Positions 43,415 through 60,808 are shown, counted from the first letter of the stretch. The stretch: 64,000 bases of DNA from Eledone cirrhosa (GCA_964016885.1 OZ024742.1:331018001-331082000), one strand, 5' to 3'. Notes: generated by a model from the letters alone, not told the origin. Translations and numbers: made by a program.

Positions 43415-43487
43415 CAGACCATAAAGGGCCGTAACTCTTGGCTGCAATGCATGGTGTCCGACCCTCTACCGATACTGCTTATCCATC
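42951..43487. mobile_element. SINE cluster: + copy 42951-43136, inverted copy 43151-43280, fragments 43307-43352 (+) and 43393-43487 (-)
   Basis: Tail-to-tail SINEs separated by a short (TA)n. Confidence 0.85.
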
Positions 43488-43520
43488 GCTATATATATAT
43501 AAGTGTGTGTGTGTATATAT

Positions 43521-43573
<53 letters not shown>

Positions 43574-43576
43574 TAG

Positions 43577-43611
<35 letters not shown>

Positions 43612-43622
43612 GATATATATAG

Positions 43623-43669
<47 letters not shown>

Positions 43670-43696
43670 AATATATATATAATATATATGTATATA

Positions 43697-43770
<74 letters not shown>

Positions 43771-43772
<2 letters not shown>

Positions 43773-45260
43773 AAAAAGAACGCAAAAGCGTCTACAACAT
43801 CAACAGATTTTTATTGGCTTACAATGTTTCTTCCTTACGTAACCGTAGGATTCGTCAGAGCTATAAAAGGGGTTTGATTGGTGTTATGGACTCTACCAAC
43901 CAAACATTCAAGAACAAAGAGTAAAGAGAGTAAAGAGCAAAAGTAGGGGACGATAACTCTAATTTTGATGCGGGAGGGTGGGGTGTGGGTCCTTGTTTAC
44001 TAGCTGCGGTCATATTCATTCCCGGGAGTCGGGTGGTTAGCTGAACCATAGATGGGGTGGCGTCGATAGTATGGTGCAGAGGGTGCGCAGAGTCTACACA
44101 AACACAAAGGGCATACAATATATATATATATATATATAGCGGAAAAGAAAGTACATGAGGTAATTAGAAATGGAAAAAGAGTAATAATAATAATCTATAA
44201 TTAATAGTGTATAATGAGGCATGGGGAAGATTACACTATAATAAGGTATAAAACTAAGAATGAGGTAAAATATAAAGGAGGATAAAAGTGGAAATAATAA
44301 AGATAAAAAATAATAAAGATAAAAAATATATAGAGAATATATAAAGAAATATAAGCGAATATTTGCAGGGGGAAACACAATGTAAAAAAAACGATTATTT
44401 AAAATAATAATAAAAATATAATAATTATGGGGGGAGAAAACGGGATAGAGAAATATGATCAAGTGTGATTACTTGAGAGAATATAAGATGATAATAGTTA
44501 TGTCAAGTTTATACATCTTAATATTAAATAATCTGTGTATCAGAGTTGCAGAACCTTCAATTCACTTACGGGTTCAAGCCACGTGGCATGGTCCATTGTT
44601 TATCTGTGCGGTCATGGGCGTTTGTTTTTGACACCACAGCAGATGCACAAGTTCGTAAATTCCAATGCAGATAGAAATCTATTTTTGCTCACCCGGACAT
44701 TGACGGAGGATCCAATATTCCTAGTTCAATATGTGTTTGGTGTTATTTTGGTCGCACAAATCAATCATTTCTAATTACCTCATGTACTTTCTCCTCCGCT
44801 ATATATATATATATATTGTATGCCCTTTGTGTTTGTGTAGCCTCTGCGCACCCTCTGCACCATACTATCGACGCCACCCCATCTATGGTTCAGCTAACCA
44901 CCAGACTCCCGGGAATGAATATGACCGCAGCTCGTAAACAAGGACCCACACCCCACCCTCCCGCACCAAAATTAGAGTTATCGTCCCTACTTTTGCTCTT
45001 TACTCTCTTTACTCTTTGTTCTTGACTGTTTGGTTGGTAGAGTCCTTAACACCAATCAAACCCCTTTTATAGCTCTGAAGAACCCTACGGTTACGTAAGG
45101 AAGAAACATTGTAAGCCAATAAAAATCTGTTGATTTTGTAGACGCTCTTGTGTTCTTTTTCATATATACGGCTCTGCTCCAAAGCATAGAGCTAATTATT
45201 ATGCTGCCAATACCTTAACGGGACACGGGTATACAATACCTAACTCCTATTAACCTAAGT
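43771..45260. mobile_element. Fold-back HHR element: arms 43771-44172 / 44766-45162
   Basis: ~400-bp inverted arms; HHR at 43817-43861 (-) and 45072-45116 (+); (TA)n on both sides. Confidence 0.9.
45072..45116 (+). ncRNA. Type-I HHR
   Basis: gct CTGAAGA a ccc tacg gtta cgta agg aa GAAA cattg TA agc; the mirror copy has CTGACGA (only N7 differs in the core). Confidence 0.8.
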
Positions 45261-45273
45261 ATATATATATATG

Positions 45274-45371
<98 letters not shown>

Positions 45372-45437
45372 GAAGAGAGAAGAAACATTAGATATAATTA
45401 GTAATAGGATGTATCATACCTAAACTGCTTCTAAATT

Positions 45438-45488
45438 CCTCGACTACGTAGTTTCGTGGCATAATCAAAAACAATACATCACAGAGAT
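45438..45488 (-). ncRNA. Degenerate HHR with 8-nt palindromic stem III
   Basis: CTG-TGA..GAAA ctacgtag TC gag. Confidence 0.4.
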
Positions 45489-45792
45489 ATAGAATGTTTG
45501 TGAGGTCTGCTGACTTTTCAAGAGGATACCTCATTAAGGGTTTCAAAAACACGTCTGTAAGATGCGAGATAGAATCCCAAAAGGCGGCGGGGGAGTCAAT
45601 CACGTGATACAGTGGTCAAGAAACAGAGCTAAGCCTCTTATAACAATGAAAAAAATACCACGGGGGCGGAGGGGGTATTTATATCGAAGCCGTAGAAGAG
45701 GTGGTTAAGGAGGCAAGAAGTATGAGTAATGGTAGCGTTCCAGCAGTCACTACACTTCAAGGGTTACTCGACCAAAGGGAGTTATAAACAAT

Positions 45793-46081
45793 TTATAGAG
45801 AAACACACATATACATGCGGACACATACATATACATGAATATATCCACATCCATCCTTGAGTTAATGGTGTCAACTTTAACCGATGTTGCTCTATGAATA
45901 ACTGGGACAAACCAATCCGAATGTACTTTATAGCTCTGATATTGGTTCAGTCTAATCCATTCGGATTGGTTTGTCCCAGTTATTCATAGAGCAACATAGG
46001 TTAATGTTGGCACCATTAACTCATGCATGGATGTGGATATATTCATGTGTGTGTCCGCATGTATCTGTGTGTTTCTCTATA
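45793..46081. repeat. Inverted repeat (arms ~45793-45923 / 45958-46081)
   Basis: Direct reverse-complement match; no convincing HHR core. Confidence 0.9.
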
Positions 46082-46084
46082 TAT

Positions 46085-46252
<168 letters not shown>

Positions 46253-46262
46253 CATATATATA

Positions 46263-46919
46263 TATAAAGAATTAGTATATCTACCAACATGTATATACAG
46301 ATGCATACATATGCTAGCAAATATATAGGTTTTGTTTTAGTAAATTTGTGGTTCAATGCAAGGGGATGCAGACAAATTATAAGAAGGATGTAAAATAAGG
46401 AAATTATAAAAATTAACTTATTTACTAAAATTTCACTCCAACTAATTAGTTTCTGAAAGGGAATAAACATGGTTTCCGAATGGGTCGCATGGAGAAAACC
46501 TTTCGTCATCAGGAAGTCTGTTCTCAGCTAAGTTCCCAGGCGATGCGTGGACACAGGGAACTTATACAAATATAATTCAGTGGATGGAAAAAAGAAAGCG
46601 TTGACTAAATTCCAAGACATTGAAAAAAATCACTGCCTACATGGTCGGTGGCAAATTCAAAAGATTAAATCACGTGACATCGAGGTTAATCAGTGAGGAG
46701 TGTGGTGTTAAAAAGACAATAGCCGAACAGTTACTATGAACTATAGTAGCAGTTTTGGCAAATTTTTGCTCAACAAAATAATTTTGTCAACAAAATAATT
46801 TTGAGATAATTATAAAGAATTAGTATATCTACCAACATATATATACAGATGCATACCTATGCTAGCACATATATAGGTTTTGTCTTAGTAACTTTGTGGT
46901 TCAATGTAAGGGGATGCAT
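46263..46919 (-). mobile_element. Non-coding HHR element, 548-bp unit with ~107-bp direct terminal repeats
   Basis: 46263-46369 is repeated at 46811-46919; (TA)n on both sides. Confidence 0.8.
46436..46516 (-). ncRNA. Type-I HHR with long stem II and palindromic CTAATTAG stem III
   Basis: cttc CTGATGA c gaaagg..cctttc a GAAA ctaattag TT ggag. Confidence 0.8.
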
Positions 46920-46965
46920 ATCCATATGCATATACATATATATATATTTATATATATATATATAT

Positions 46966-47056
<91 letters not shown>

Positions 47057-47154
47057 TATATATATGTATGTATATATATATATATATGTATATATATAGA
47101 TGTAAGTATGTATGTATACGTACATACATATATGTATACAGACGTACAGTAGCA

Positions 47155-47238
<84 letters not shown>

Positions 47239-47590
47239 TATACATATATGCACACAGGTACACATACATATATGCACGCATCAGTTTAGCGGACGTTTAT
47301 TATAACGCAGTTTTGTTCGTTTGTTTGTCAACAAACAGAACAGCCTGAATTTATGCCATACGGTGTTAAGGCAACCACGTCACCTTTTTGTTCAACACTG
47401 ACACAGGAACGATGTACAAGTTCCTGTGTCAGTGTTGAACAAAAAGGTGACGTGTTGCCTTAACACCGTATGGCATCAATTCAGGCCGTTCTGTTTGTTT
47501 ACAAACAAACGAACAAAGCTGCGTTATAATAAACGTCGGCTAAACTGATGCGTGCATATATGTATGTGTACCTGTGTGCATATATGTATA

Positions 47591-47702
<112 letters not shown>

Positions 47703-47936
47703 TGGTACAGTACGTCTGTATACATATATGTATGTACGTATACATACATACTTACATCTAAGTAAGTGCCATACTAAGAGTGAGAAATGAAATTTCGTTT
47801 TCATTTTTTTCAACTTATCGTTTTCGGTATGCCTGACCGATTTAACTCACTCAATATGCAAATTAGGCTGCTCAGCCGTTAATTTTCATAAGGAAAGTAT
47901 ATACTTTCGAACATTCAACTATCTGGCAGATGGGTA

Positions 47937-47981
47937 AACGGTGCTGATGATAGCTAACAAGCTTGAAACTAGTACATCGTT
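47937..47981 (+). ncRNA. Intact minimal type-I HHR
   Basis: aacggtg CTGATGA t agc taacaa gct t GAAA ctag TA catcgtt: 7-bp stem I, GUA site after 47974. Confidence 0.92.
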
Positions 47982-48150
47982 CCTGTGTCAGTGTTGAATA
48001 AAAAGGTGACGTGGTTGCCTTAACACCGTATGGCATAAATTCAGGCTGTTCTGTTTGTTGACAAACAAACGAACAAAGCTGCGTTATAATAAACGTCGGC
48101 TAAACTGATGCGTGCATATATGTATGTGTACCTGTGTGCATATATGTATA

Positions 48151-48236
<86 letters not shown>

Positions 48237-48470
48237 TGGTACAGTACGTCTGTATACATATATGTATGTACGTATACATACATACTTACATCTAAGTAAG
48301 TGCCATACTAAGAGTGAGAAATGAAATTTCGTTTTCATTTTTTTCAACTTATCGTTTTCGGTATGCCTGGCCGATTTAACTCACTCAATATGCAAATTAG
48401 GCTGCTCAGCCGTTAATTTTCATAAGGAAAGTATATACTTTCGAACGTTCAACTATCTGGCAGATGGGTA

Positions 48471-48515
48471 AACGGTGCTGATGATAGCTAACAAGCTTGA
48501 AACTAGTACATCGTT
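48471..48515 (+). ncRNA. Intact minimal type-I HHR (identical copy)
   Basis: Same sequence; site after 48508. Confidence 0.92.
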
Positions 48516-48684
48516 CCTGTGTCAGTGTTGAATAAAAAGGTGACGTGGTTGCCTTAACACCGTATGGCATAAATTCAGGCTGTTCTGTTTGTTGACAAAC
48601 AAACGAACAAAGCTGCGTTATAATAAACGTCGGCTAAACTGATGCGTGCATATATGTATGTGTACCTGTGTGCCTATATGTATA

Positions 48685-48766
<82 letters not shown>

Positions 48767-48771
<5 letters not shown>

Positions 48772-49530
48772 ATATTTGGGGAGGGTCATAATTCTGTAAT
48801 AATATTGCCAGAATTAATGAAAGAACACACTCACTGTTTTGTTCGTTTTCGCTTCTGTGTCTTTTATATCAGTTAATTTTATTTATTCGGTCCTCAATGT
48901 TACCATTGACTGACCAAAGGTCGAACATACATATTCAATATAGACACACACACATATATATAGTCTAACAAAATTATTTCGTTGCACATCTGCAACACCG
49001 TCAGTGGTGCTATTATGTGTCTTCTCGTGGCATTGTATGCCTACGCCATCTATATTTAGTTTGTTTATTTATTTGTTTACTTATTTTGTCTTCTCTCCGC
49101 ATGCGTTTGCGTGTATGTATAGTGTTTTGTTTAATGTGCTTTCCTGTTTGGGTGACTGTGTACTGGTTATTGTATTCTATCTTAGTTTACTAGTGTGTGT
49201 TTATATGTGTTTGTTGTTATTGTGCTTGTGTATTTATTTATTTACTTATTCATTTATACTACTCTGAGGTCAGTGTTGTTTGTTTGGGTGTTGTTATTCC
49301 ATTCCTTTATTTCTGTTTAGCCTTGGCCTTCTAATTTCTATTTCGCTGGCCTCTCAGATTTGCCTATCTGCTGGGTCATTTCTATGTTTAGATATTATTC
49401 TAATTTCTATGTTGTATATGTTACCGTCGTGTTGTTGTCTGGCATGTTCGTATAGTACTGAATGTGACCCTCCCCAAATATAACAATATTTTTTTCGACA
49501 CACGGCCTCATATCAAAAACCTCGCACAAG
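48767..49530 (-). mobile_element. Subfamily-A PLE 3' part (GIY-YIG tail, degenerate HHR 48968-49008) with a short inverted terminus at 49463-49530
   Basis: Reverse complement of ~22840-23553; tgaccctccccaaatataacaat at both ends in opposite orientation. Confidence 0.85.
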
Positions 49531-52296
<2,766 letters not shown>

Positions 52297-52311
52297 ATAT
52301 ATATATATATT

Positions 52312-52500
52312 GGTGGGTTGGCAGTATCGCTAGAGGGTCGGACACCATGCTTTGCAGCCAAGAGTTACGTCCCTTTATGGTCTGAGTTCAAATCCCGCCG
52401 AGATTAACTTTGCCTTTCATCCTTACGGTGTCGATAAAATAATGTACCAGTAATACACTGAGATAATTGCTGACCCAGTGCCAAAAGTAAAAACAATTAT
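52312..52500 (+). mobile_element. Full-length SINE within (TA)n
   Basis: Family head, B-box, core and tail. Confidence 0.9.
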
Positions 52501-52553
52501 ATATATATTTATATATATGAGTGTAAAATGTCAGGAGGCCGGACAGTTTGTAT

Positions 52554-52663
<110 letters not shown>

Positions 52664-52962
52664 GTGTACGTGTCTGTATGTGGGTTTTTGTGTGTGTGTT
52701 TGAGTTTCCGCTTGTGTGTTTGTGTGTATATACATACAAATATACAACCGTACTTGTATCTAAGTACGGTTAATATACTTGTACCTAACCAAATCATAGA
52801 TTAATTTGATACACAAATGTACAGTGGTAAACAAATAGAAACTTGAACAGCCCATATTATAATCCCCATATATGTTACATGTATATGCCATTCTCCGTAT
52901 ATTAGTATATTAGCATATATATACTTACATATACACACACACACATGTATATATATATATAT

Positions 52963-53412
52963 AGCAATATTCAATTGAATAACTGTAACTGTAGAAATAA
53001 ATCTAACTGTCCGTTAAATAACAACTGCTTAGCTAAAAATGTAGTGTACAATTGTAATGTTAAAACTAATTTAAATTCATTTAACTATGTTGGTTCTACC
53101 TCTACAGAATTTAAATTTCGCTTCAATAATCATAAACATTCTTTCACAGATCCAAACAAAAAAACTTCAACTTCGCTATCTAGCCTACTATGGGACCTAA
53201 AACGAGATAATGTTAAATATTCGATAACTTGGAATATTATTTCATAAGCTACTCCTTTTAATTCCTCTTCAGAAAATTGTGATCTTTGTATTGAAGAAAT
53301 ATTCTTCATATTAAAGTCCAAAAATTCCCTTTATTTAAGGAACAATTTATTCAGTTGCTGCAGACATAGATTAAAATCAACGTTTAAATATAAATATAAA
53401 TTTAAAATGTAG
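52963..53412 (+). pseudogene. Nematis-like PLE GIY-YIG endonuclease fragment
   Basis: CNCRNKSNCPLNNNCLAKNVVYNCNV..YVGST..FKFRFNNHKHSF..LS..LWDLK..W.II*..CDLCIEE..CCRH; one internal stop. Confidence 0.85.
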
Positions 53413-53444
53413 TATAATTAATTAAGTAATTTAGTTAATATATG

Positions 53445-53969
53445 AAACATGTCTGTGTGTGTTTGTGTTCATTTATCTATTTGTTTATTTACCATAATTA
53501 AATAGAAAATTAAATAGAAAATATGAGAGGAACAGCAACATCACAACTTACAATTAAGGACAAAATGAAAACACACACACACATAGAACAAACAACCAAC
53601 CAATACCAATAACATGTAAATAAATAAACAAATAGATAAATGAACACAAACACAAACAGACACCCGGATGTGGCGCATGCGCAACTGAGCACACAACACA
53701 CACACAGAAACAAAATGGCGTAGGACAGAAGAAAGGAAAGGCACAGAAACAAAGAGAGGAATCCCCAGTCACTGAAGAGGTCACAGAGTGTGTGACGAAA
53801 GGACTATGACTATATATAAAAAACTATCTGGTTGTGGAACCAACCAACCAACCAGAAATTTATAAATTTGTAGATTTGTAAATTTATAAATTTATAAATA
53901 CATAATAAATTGAAGTGAAAGCAACTGGTGCGTGTGTTTCTTATTGGCAACATGACCCTCCCAAAGTAT

Positions 53970-53975
<6 letters not shown>
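53445..53975 (+). mobile_element. Subfamily-B PLE 3' end, inverted relative to 49751-50175
   Basis: Reverse-complement similarity; terminus catgaccctcccaaagtataacaat then (TA)n. Confidence 0.85.
53767..53811 (+). ncRNA. Type-I HHR
   Basis: agtca CTGAAGA g gtcac agagtgt gtgac GAAA ggac TA tgact. Confidence 0.85.
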
Positions 53976-54030
<55 letters not shown>

Positions 54031-54120
54031 CAGAAGGGATATACAATTTGTTGGTAATTCAACAAATATAAATGTTTATAACCTATTCAGAGCATTCGAC
54101 AGATTTTCTGGTGTATAATT

Positions 54121-54459
54121 TACAATGTTATTATATAAATGCAAACGATATTTATAAAACCATATTTATTCTATTATATATATTTCAAGAGTACCAACAT
54201 ATTGGTACGTTATTATCAGATAAAATACGAAGTGTGTTTTATAAATATTTACATAACCAAGAAGAATATACATTAACGGTTCAAGTTTTCCTTCGACTAT
54301 CCAAGGAAAACTTGAACCATTGAGGTATTTTCTCCTTGCTTATGTGAACATTTATAAAAAACCCTTCGTATTTTATCTTATGATAAATTCTAGTACCCTT
54401 GACATATATATAATAGAATAAATATGGTTTCATAAATATAGTTTCCATTTATTTAATAT

Positions 54460-54466
<7 letters not shown>
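54121..54466. mobile_element. Older fold-back element (centre ~54298) with a decayed HHR in each arm
   Basis: Diverged inverted arms; left arm (-) CTGATAA..gtacca/tggtac..GAAA tata TA; right arm CTTATGA..GACA tata TA. Confidence 0.75.
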
Positions 54467-54554
<88 letters not shown>

Positions 54555-57293
54555 CATGCGTGTGTATTTACATGTGTGCAGGTATGTATATGTTTCTCGT
54601 ACGAATGTACGAATGTGATGTCACATTTAAATCATTGATATTTTTTATCGCTATTTCAGTATTGGAATTTAGATTTTACTTAATTTATGTTTGAGTCTGT
54701 AGACATTGATTCCCTAGTGAATCGACTTTTAATCTGTGTTTATTATCACAGTAATTCATATCGATTTCATTGTATTAAGTGTTTCTCTTTTTCTATAGCT
54801 TCTCAACCACGTTCTCTTACAATCGAATCATATATGTTTTCTATTGCTGCCGTTTCATGATTAAAGATTTGGAAACCAACGATATACTTCAGAATATTTC
54901 AGGTTTATTGTTTATCTACATTTTCCAGCATTAAAAAAAAAATGTTTCAGAATAAAATCAAGATTATCTGTAAGTATTCTATCTCGGTTCATGCATTGAA
55001 AATGCTAATCTGAAATTGCAAAATATTCCGTTTGAAATTTCTCCAGTCTATCTACTTGCCTGATTGAATTGATAATCATTAAATTTATAAGAATTTATCG
55101 CTTCACTTCTCTTGATCTATTTTTATATTTTTCCTGAATGTATTTCTTAAAATTCAATGGCAGAAATAGCAGTTTAAATACAAATGGGGGAATGAATTTC
55201 TCTTTCATTCCTGTATCAAGACTAAAACATGTTATCGTATCCCGTGAAAATCTCGTTTACCTTTAAAGGCAAATCCATTTCACCATATATCCCATTTATC
55301 TATCCGTACATGTCATTTCAATATCCCCAATACACACGTATCCTTCAATTTTTATACTTATTGCCACTTCTTGTAACAATTCAAATGATTATTCCCACTT
55401 CATTTAGTAACTTAAATGTTAGAAAATATACACTGTGCAATTTAATTTCCGAAATCTCTATTGCATTATTATCAAATGTGTTTTCACATAACGAATATAT
55501 ATGTATTTTCATATTATTTTTAGATTAAAATCAAATAATGTTTAGATTTCATTTCTATAGCCAATATACCACAGGCTTTATTCATTATTGCTTGGCAATG
55601 TCATGAGACTAATATTTCGAGTAGTTAGATTGTAGAGCCAAATACAGTATGGTATTTGTTTCCGATCTCAGCGCTTTCGTTTTAAAGCCGGTAGTCGTAA
55701 AATTTTCCATTCATCAATAGTACATTACAGTTCTGAATCGATTCTTCTTTAACATTTTCAAATTCCTAGGGTGTATTCTGAGTAAGAGATGGGTGGACTA
55801 CTGTCAATTTAACCAAACACCCGTCAGCAATCAAATGTACCCACAATTTTATACATGACCTTAAACATAATTTAATATTTTGGGCATATTCATACCTGTA
55901 ATATAGTTATAAAACAGTTTTAAGTACAATTTACACACATAATTAACCGTGATAATTCCCGTGATATAGCCCACCTATATATCCATTATAGCACCATTGA
56001 TTCTGCCCATGGATTTACTGACAATTCTCTCGCTATTTTACGCACAATTGTGTGCATCATATAACGCATGATATTTTATACGACATCCTTGATTTACCTA
56101 CCTAATATCCCAACAAATTCAATTTTAGCCCGATTAAAATTACAATTGATTTTAACCTTTAATTTATCCTCAATCCTTCATTCGAAATGATCTTCATAAT
56201 AAAACTTCAATTAATCTGCTGAAATTTAACTCAGTGCACCAGATTCCCCAATGAATCATCACTGGGCTGTGTGTATTGTTATGTATGTATGTGTGTGTAT
56301 GTATTGAAGTAGTTAGAATATTAGGTAGGCATGCTGTAGATAGATAGGTAAGTATGTAGGCAGGTAGCTGGATAGGCAGGTATATAGATATCCAGTTAGG
56401 TAAGCAAATATGTATATAGATATTTTAAAAAGAAAGGATAGGTAGAAAGATAGTTAGATAAATGGATAAATAAAAAGATACATCAATAGATAAATATATA
56501 GATAGATGTGTAGTTAGATTGGGATAGAGCTGGGAACAAATATTGGTGGATAAAATAATGATATATAGGAAGGAAGTAGAAAAATCTAGAGGTGCTCATT
56601 GATGCAGATAATTTGATATATTCATAGATAGGCGAATATAGTAGTATATATATTTATCAAATGATAGTTGAATTAGAGATGTAGTAACTATTTGTGAAAC
56701 TACGTCCGACGCATAGTATCTGTTTTGCACAATGCTTTTTATTGGTGAGTATATGTGATTGTCAGAAGTAAACATTTATCTCTAAATATGAGATTTTTTC
56801 TAACGTGTAAACTCATATTTTGTTGTGTATTTTAGGCCATGATGTAGAGTAGAGATTTTTTCAAATAAGTTTTGCATCAGTTATTAATGGTGCTGTAGCT
56901 GATTGTATAGATATAAATCTTCTGTCTAACGGTGATTTAAAAGATGTACGCGGTTTACTGTAATGAAACTTTATTCAAATCCGTATTGTTTCGATCAATG
57001 ATCTTATCATGATAAATATACATAATTTACTGCTGCTGAACCACATCAGTTGCAAACATACACGTATCCATACATTGCTATGAAAGCATTGGACATATAC
57101 ACACATATTTACATTCAAAGAACCCAGGCAAGCGTAATATACACACGTAACAGAATTTTCTCTTCGTCAACAAAACATATTTTACACACATCCAGCAGTC
57201 ATTCAGCTGTTGAAATCACACATGTATTCATGTATAGAGTTGCATGCACATGTGACTGAAATTAATGTAAGTAGCATAGCAAAGTTGGATGCA

Positions 57294-57296
<3 letters not shown>

Positions 57297-57372
<76 letters not shown>
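57297..57372. repeat. (GA)n microsatellite
   Basis: Directly visible. Confidence 0.95.
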
Positions 57373-57377
<5 letters not shown>

Positions 57378-57539
57378 AAACAAATTCATAAGGACTTTAC
57401 ATATTTGTATATGTTTGAATAATAACAAGTCAATGTTGATGTGATATTATTAATGAGAACTCTATTTTGCTGGAGGTACCACATACGGCAGCACATGCTC
57501 GTAGGCAAATTGCTTTTCATCCGTGACGAGTCTACGGAG

Positions 57540-57985
57540 GAGGAGGAGATGTTTTTGATGGTAATGAAGTTTAAGTATATCGGGTACGTATTCACGAATG
57601 ATGTAAGCCAGGAGACTTCAACATACGGTAATAAGAAACAATCAACGGCAATATATTCAATTCGGTATTCGTGCTAAACCACACATATGGTCAGGAATCT
57701 GGTGCAATGACTGAAAGATTGCGATCGTGAATAGAAACGGTCAAAATGGGGTTTCTCAGAGGAGTGTTTAGAGCAACGCTACTGGATTGGATGCGTAGCT
57801 CAGAGATCAGACAGGCTTTTCAGTGGGAGCCGGTGATTCTCCGAATTGAAAGATCACAACTCCGATAATACGGACAAGTTTTTAGAATAACTAAGGAAAA
57901 ATTGATAAACAGGTGTTATGGGGAAAAAACAATCCTTAAGAGACCTATAGGTATGCTATGAGCAAGATGGTTGGATAACATCTAT
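57540..57985 (+). mobile_element. RTE-clade LINE 3' fragment, highly degenerate
   Basis: FKYIGYVFTND, TYGQES, MGFLR, D.MRSSEIR, ILRIERSQLR..G.V.R, KRPIG..RW.DNI. Confidence 0.8.
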
Positions 57986-58280
57986 GAGTTAAGCTCGTCT
58001 CCCGTGTGGATCCAGCCGTATCTATTGCATTTTCAGCTCTGACAGCTGGAAGGAAAGGATGTTAATTAAATGCAAGAATTGCAGTAGTTGTAGAGTAATC
58101 TGCCAGCTTCAGGAATTGGTCACATGAAGAAGGGAACATAATTGGAAATGGTTGCTTCTGACTGGACACATTTAATGGCTTGCTTGAAAACTCATGCACT
58201 ACGGTCCCCATAAATATGGGGGCGAAGATAAAGAGATAAAAGAAGCTGCATAACTAAATCATGTGTATATATGCATATAT

Positions 58281-58388
58281 AATTGTTTCTACTTTTGGCA
58301 CAATGCTCGCAATTAACCAGTACATTACTGGTACCTTATTTGAACTCAGAACGTAAACGGATTTGAACTCATAACGTAAACGGACGTT
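58281..58388 (-). mobile_element. Internally deleted SINE fragment
   Basis: Tail plus a duplicated B-box segment. Confidence 0.7.
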
Positions 58389-59647
58389 TATATATGTATA
58401 TATAATGTATATATATGTATATATAATGTATTATATATGTATATATAATGTATTATATATGTATATATAATATTACATTATATTATATATTACGTCGATG
58501 CAGAAGTTACAATGAGACAGGACCCTTTCGAGAAATTTGAAGCAGTCCCAAGGAAAGCGAAGATACGAGAAATAGATATGAATATATTTCTTCATCAGGA
58601 TACCCCCCCCCCCAATATATATATATATATATATATTTACATATGTGTGTGTGTGTGTTCGTGTTTGTTAAATAGTTTGCAACTACAGTTACAGGTGTGA
58701 ACCGTTCGAAGCACTCAATAGTGTTAGGCAGTCCGTCTCCTATGGGTTGCATTCCAGAGTTAAATCGCCTGTAGCGTGAAGAGTACAAACAGATCAAGTA
58801 GATTAACATTTCTTGACGTGCTACCATTGTTTCAATATCGATCACTTCAAGGTATTATCAAATGTTCGACATATCTTCAGATATGTGAGCCTTAATGTGC
58901 AAATACACATCTAGACTGTTTTTAGTAGTCCGGGGATCTGTTTATATACACTTTTTAATGGGTTATATGGACAGTAAGTTTACATTTAAATCGTGAAAGT
59001 TAAAGAATAAAAAAGATAAAAAAGTATAAAATAATTTTTTTAAAGTTTTTTTAATTTTATATTTTTTATGTTTTCATTTTTATCTTTCACCCTCTTCGAA
59101 CAGTTTACCAAGTAAGATAAACTGGATGAATACTCGTCCGTGCCAAGAAAATTGGCACTATCAACTCCCTGGACATGAGAAATGTAGACTTAAGTAATTA
59201 CATAAAAAAATAAAAAAATGACATTAATGATATCAACAACGATGGTCTAGCGATGATAAATATATTAGGCTTTGCCGACCAGACTGCATGGTTTCAACCT
59301 AGATATCCAACATTTAATTTAAAAAATCATAAGAATAACATTGAATACAATACTTCTATCAGGCTCCTTTGCCCCTCTAAATCGGATATAGGTTGATTAG
59401 TATGAATATACCACATAGAATATTAATTCAAATGAGAAATGGATTATTAATTAAACTTTGGTGCAACACTGACGAGGTTATCGACTTGTTTACTAAGATA
59501 GAGGAAACACAAACTGCCACGTTCATATAATTTGATAGTGGTGACTATTTCACGGGTTCTTCTCAAAGAGGCCCTAGCGTGTGCTATACGTAACTCCAAC
59601 TTAACTGAATATGAGGTAGTATCTAGACATTCAGTCATAATATGTGT

Positions 59648-59834
59648 TAATTGTTGCTAGTTTTGGCACAAGGTCAGCAATTATTCCAGTGTATTACTGG
59701 TTATTTATTTTATCGGCCCCGTAAGGATGAGGGCAGAGTTAACCTCGGCGAGATTTGAACTAAGACCATAAACGGCAGTAACTCTTTGCTGCAAAGCTAG
59801 GCTTCCGACGCTCTACCGATACTGCCAATCCACC
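59648..59834 (-). mobile_element. Full-length SINE
   Basis: Family match; tgttaat flanks both sides. Confidence 0.9.
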
Positions 59835-60039
59835 TGTTAATCATAATATAATCATCATATTTGATAATGAATACAGGATACGTATGGCAAGTAATAATGA
59901 TTTTGATATACTAAAGAGTCTATTGATCCAGCCCTAGTTACAGACTTAGTCAGAGTTTACCTAATACATAACCTCCATGTGTTGATATTCAAGGAGAAAT
60001 ATATAAAGACGACTGCATAACTAGGAACGTAGAATATAG

Positions 60040-60808
60040 AATACGATGTACTGAGAGAGGGCGTAGGAATTAGAACATAACATACATAGGTGAAACAGGT
60101 CTGTATCAAATGATAAAGGATAAGTGAACACTGGCGAGAACTCCAGGATGCGAAAAACTCATCAGTACTCCACTAATATCCCAAAGGAGAACATAGAGGC
60201 ACATTAGAGTACACAGAGAAAAAAGTATATCCACAAACAGAAATGATACAATGCTAAAATAAATCACAGAAGCGAGAAACTTAAACGAAATCCAACCAAA
60301 ATTAAACAGAAAAAATGTTTGGTATTACAATATCACAACTAGTAATTAAATACAAAATGAAGACATACAGACATGCACAGAAACCAAACTAAATAAACAA
60401 ATCAGACACAGATAGAAAAAAAAGCCAACTAACGACAAGTAAATAAACACATAAATAAATAAACACATACAAACCCGGATGTAAGGCATCGGCAAACTAA
60501 GCATACAACACACAAAACACAAAAACAAGATGGTGTAAGACAGAACAAAGGAGAGACACAAAAAATTAAAAGAACTCTAGTCACTCAGGAGGTCACAGAA
60601 TGTGTGACGAAAGATCTTTGACAAAATATAATCAACCTTCCGGTATCGACCTAAAACATCCAACAGGAAATTTATAATAAATTGAAGTGAAAACAAACAG
60701 GTGCTTGTGTTTTTATTGGCAGCATGACCCTCCCAAAGTTTAACACTATATGTTTGAACATATGTCTTCATATAGGAAATCTTGCAAACCAAATTCAAAA
60801 ACGAAGTA
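60040..60808 (+). mobile_element. Degenerate subfamily-B PLE 3' part (GIY-YIG remnant, HHR 60580-60622 with G5C)
   Basis: YIGETG..EHWRELQD..ITEA..QPKLNRK; gtca CTCAGGA ggtcac..gtgac GAAA gatc TT tgac. Confidence 0.8.
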
